A stretch of 64,000 bases of DNA from an uncultured Chloroflexia bacterium (GTDB taxonomy: Bacteria > Chloroflexota > Limnocylindria > QHBO01), in the NCBI GenBank assembly GCA_963844415.1, contig CAWJOA010000006.1, positions 202,500 to 266,499 of the forward strand, read 5' to 3'. Within the stretch, counting starts at the first letter, position 1. Every line of letters starts with the position of its first letter. Made by a program: the position numbers and the translations under genes. The notes beneath the pieces were generated by a model. The model had not been told where the DNA came from. It saw nothing but the letters and a program-made list of their open reading frames with translations, and did not search any database. Shown here one piece after another: positions 61,418 through 64,000 of this stretch.

Positions 61418-62410
61418 CTACCTCGACGGCTCGGCCGCCGCGACGAGGGCCTCGATGACGCGCAGGTTCGCGACCGCATCGGCCGGTGCCACCGGCGCCG
61501 GCCGACCCTCGAGCACGGCGCGGGCGAAGGCGTCGGCCTCGACCGTGTAGGGGTCCGCCGTGTCGAAGGTGAGCGTCTCGGTGTTCGGGGCGACCGGCGG
61601 GTCGCCTCCGGCGCTGACGAAGATGCGAGTCGGGCGGTCGGGTGGGATGTTGAACGGGATCTCGACCGAGATCCGACCAGCCGTGCCGTAGACGTGGACG
61701 CGCTGGTCGTCCTCGGCGCGCGTCGAGCAGGTGAAGGTCGCGTGGCCGCTCCCGAACCCGAGGATCCCGCTCGTGACGACATCCGTTCCGGTCACCGGGT
61801 CGCGCACGATCATGCCCTCCACCCGATCCGGCTCCGCGTCGAACAGCATCCTCGACAGGTTGACGCTATAGCAGCCGATGTCCCACAGCGCGCCGCCGCC
61901 GACCTCGACGATGTTCCGGATGTTGCCCGGGTCGTCGTTGAAGTAGGAGAACCAGCTCTGGACCGCGACGAGCTGACCGATGCGGCCGGAGGCGAGCACC
62001 TCGCGCACCGCGACCCACGACGGATGAAGGCGATACATGAAGGCCTCCATCAGCAGGACGCCGGCTCGGTCGGCCACCTCGATCATGCGCTCCGCGTCGG
62101 CGGCCGACAGCGCCAGCGGCTTCTCGCACAGGACGTGCTTCCCGGCCTCGGTGGCGGCGATGGCCCATGTCGCGTGCAGGTGGTTCGGCAGCGGGATGTA
62201 GACCGCCTCGACGTCCGGGTCGGCGAGGAGCGCCTCGTACGATCCGTGCGCCGTCGGGATGCCGAGCTCGTCCGCGACCGAGGTCGCCAGCGCACCGTCG
62301 CGCGACGCGATGGCGACGACCTCGCAGTGGGGAGCTCGCTGGATCGCCGGGATCACCTTGACCCGACCGATGGACGCCGTCGAGAGCACTCCCCAACGCA
62401 GCCGTCGCAT
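61418..62410 (-). CDS. Gfo/Idh/MocA family oxidoreductase
   Basis: LRWGVLSTA.I, YIPLPN.LH, GKHVLCEKP, EAFMYR.HP and GGALWDIGCY motifs; AGGAGG RBS. Confidence 0.93.
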   Translation of the reverse strand: MRRLRWGVLSTASIGRVKVIPAIQRAPHCEVVAIASRDGALATSVADELGIPTAHGSYEALLADPDVEAVYIPLPNHLHATWAIAATEAGKHVLCEKPLALSAADAERMIEVADRAGVLLMEAFMYRLHPSWVAVREVLASGRIGQLVAVQSWFSYFNDDPGNIRNIVEVGGGALWDIGCYSVNLSRMLFDAEPDRVEGMIVRDPVTGTDVVTSGILGFGSGHATFTCSTRAEDDQRVHVYGTAGRISVEIPFNIPPDRPTRIFVSAGGDPPVAPNTETLTFDTADPYTVEADAFARAVLEGRPAPVAPADAVANLRVIEALVAAAEPSR

Positions 62411-62476
62411 GGATACCGGTCCTCCTGGGCGTCCGTATTGACAGGTGCCGCGGCGATAGAGGAGTCTACGGCAACA

Positions 62477-62497
62477 TTTGGATGAGAGGATCACAAA
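62477..62497. promoter_or_regulatory. Candidate ROK repressor operator in divergent promoter region
   Basis: TTTG-N13-CAAA inverted repeat next to minus-strand TAGACT (62463-62468) and plus-strand TTGACA (62438-62443). Confidence 0.45.
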
Positions 62498-62501
62498 CCT
62501 C

Positions 62502-63741
62502 GTGTTCGCGCCCCGCGACGTGGTCGGCCAGCGCAGCGAGACGGTCCGGCGCTCGAACCTGAGCGCGATCGTCCGTGCGGTCCACCTTCGCGGGCCCCTC
62601 TCTCGCTCGGAGCTCGTGCGGCACACGGGCCTGACGCGCTCCGCCATCCGCGGCCTCATCGGCGAGCTCGTCGGCGGCGGCCTGCTGACCGAGACGCGCA
62701 ATGCCCCCGACGGCGCACCCGGCCGGCCATCTCCGCTCGTCCACCCGGACCCCGACGGCGCTTCGGTCGTCGCGCTCGAGGTCAACGTCGATTCGCTGGC
62801 CGTCGCCCGGGTCGGCCTCGGCGGCTCGATCGACGAGCTCATGCGCGTCGATCGGCCCCGCGCACACGTCACCCTCGACGCGATCGTCGCCGACCTCGCC
62901 GAGCTCGCCGAGCCGGTGCTCGCATCGGTCCCTGACGACGGGCTCGTCGGCGTCGGCGTGGCGGTTGCCGGGGTCGTCCGGCGCCGCGACGGCCTCGTCC
63001 GGCTGGCACCGAACCTCGGATGGATCGACGAGCCGCTCGGCGACCGCCTCGCGGCAGGCGCTGCGGCAGCGATGCGCCGATCGCGGTCGGCAACGAGGCG
63101 GACCTCGGCGGGCTGGCCGAGCATCGTCGCGGCGCCGCGATCGGCGAGGCGAACGTCGTCTACGTCGCGGGCGAGGTCGGCGTGGGTGGCCACGTCACCG
63201 TCGGAGGCCAGTCCCTGGACGGCGCGGCCGGGATACGCGGGCGAGGTCGGGCACATGGTCGTCAACCCCGGAGGGCGCGGCATGCGCCTGCGGCTCGTCG
63301 GGGTGCTGGGAGACGGAGATCGGAGAGCGGGCGATGCTCGTCCGGGCCGGGCGATCGCCGACCGGTGGTCGCGCGGCGGTGGACGAGCTCATCGGCGCGG
63401 CCATGGCCGGCGAGCCGGCGGCCCGCGCCGGCGTCGCCCACGTCGGCACCTGGCTGGGCGTCGGCATCGCGTCGCTGGTCAACATCTTCGACCCGACCCT
63501 GGTGGTGCTCGGGGGCGTCCTCGGCCGGATCCATCCGCTCGTCGGCGCCGACCTCGAGGCGGCGCTCGACCGGCACGCGCTGTCGGCCTCGCGCGAGCTG
63601 GTTCGCGTGACCCCGGGCGCGCTGGGCGTCAGCGCGCCGATCATCGGTGCGGCAGAGCTCGCCTTCGAACCGATGCTCGCCGATCCGGCAAGGCGTCTCG
63701 CGGGAGTGCGAGCGCGCCGACCGGTGCTGGCGAGCGCTTGA
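62502..63741 (+). CDS. ROK-family transcriptional repressor (about three frameshifts, 63060-63275)
   Basis: HTH RRSNL....GPLSRSEL...TGL; APNLGW; NEAD.G.LAE; AGEVGH; CACG..GCWE; N.FDP..VVLGG, pieced together over three frames. Confidence 0.88.
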
Positions 63742-63835
63742 AACGTGGTAAGAGGAGGGGCTTGACAGAGGAGTAGCCTTCTCGGGGCACCAATCAACTG
63801 GCGCTAGGTGGGGATTCGTCTTGGAGGAGCAATCG

Positions 63836-64000
63836 ATGACCATTCGGAGGATGGCGGCGAGCCTGGGCATCATCGCCCTCGTACTCGCCGGCTGTACGGG
63901 CGAAGAGTCTGGGGGGACGGGGGCGGCGAGAGCGACTGCTTCGTCGGCGTCTCGTGGAACAACTTCCAGCAGCCGCGATGGGCGGCCAAGGACCAGCCGA
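63836..64000 (+). CDS. Sugar ABC transporter substrate-binding lipoprotein (XylF-like), 5' part
   Basis: GGAGG RBS, lipobox VLAGC, then in a shifted frame VGVSWNNFQQPRWAAKD. Confidence 0.75.
   Translation, partial: MTIRRMAASLGIIALVLAGCTGEESGGTGAARATASSASRGTTSSSRDGRPRTSR

Noticed and set aside
63762-63795. TTGACA promoter before the sugar-binding gene
   Set aside because: No acceptable -10 at 16-18 bp spacing in this sequence, so not called.

Overview
64 kb of very GC-rich bacterial chromosome with dense coding. Gene content (GuaB3, UPF0182, F420-dependent DDN-family protein, GlgE pathway, many leaderless-looking genes) suggests Chloroflexota or Actinomycetota; this is an inference. Three blocks: (1) 1-36.8 kb, a loose purine supercluster (guaB3, guaA, purD, purE, purB, purC, purS, purQ, purL, purF, purM, purN; no purK or purH seen) interleaved with zinc-ribbon membrane proteins, MgtC, UPF0182, a GGDEF/HD-GYP protein, an AlkZ-like glycosylase, an AAA-DUF4143 ATPase-nuclease and radC; (2) 38-51.3 kb, alpha-glucan/trehalose genes (glgE, treS, GNAT, mak, glgX, malQ, glgB); (3) 51.3-64 kb, a phospholipid-type cluster (PLD, AI-2E, MBL hydrolase, holin-phosphodiesterase fusion) and a ROK-regulated uncharacterised sugar locus (Gfo/Idh/MocA, CRTAC1/FG-GAP, atypical M24, aldose epimerase, GAP, ABC sugar-binding protein). 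About ten genes, including purB and purL, carry small frameshifts that look like sequencing errors. No rRNA, tRNA, CRISPR array or transposase was recognised. Best leads: a CarH/LitR-type operator at ~2570, a 22-bp-periodic operator array before the ATPase-nuclease gene, a Trp-Pro-repeat disordered zinc-ribbon membrane protein between purQ and purL, and the ROK/CRTAC1/M24 locus.
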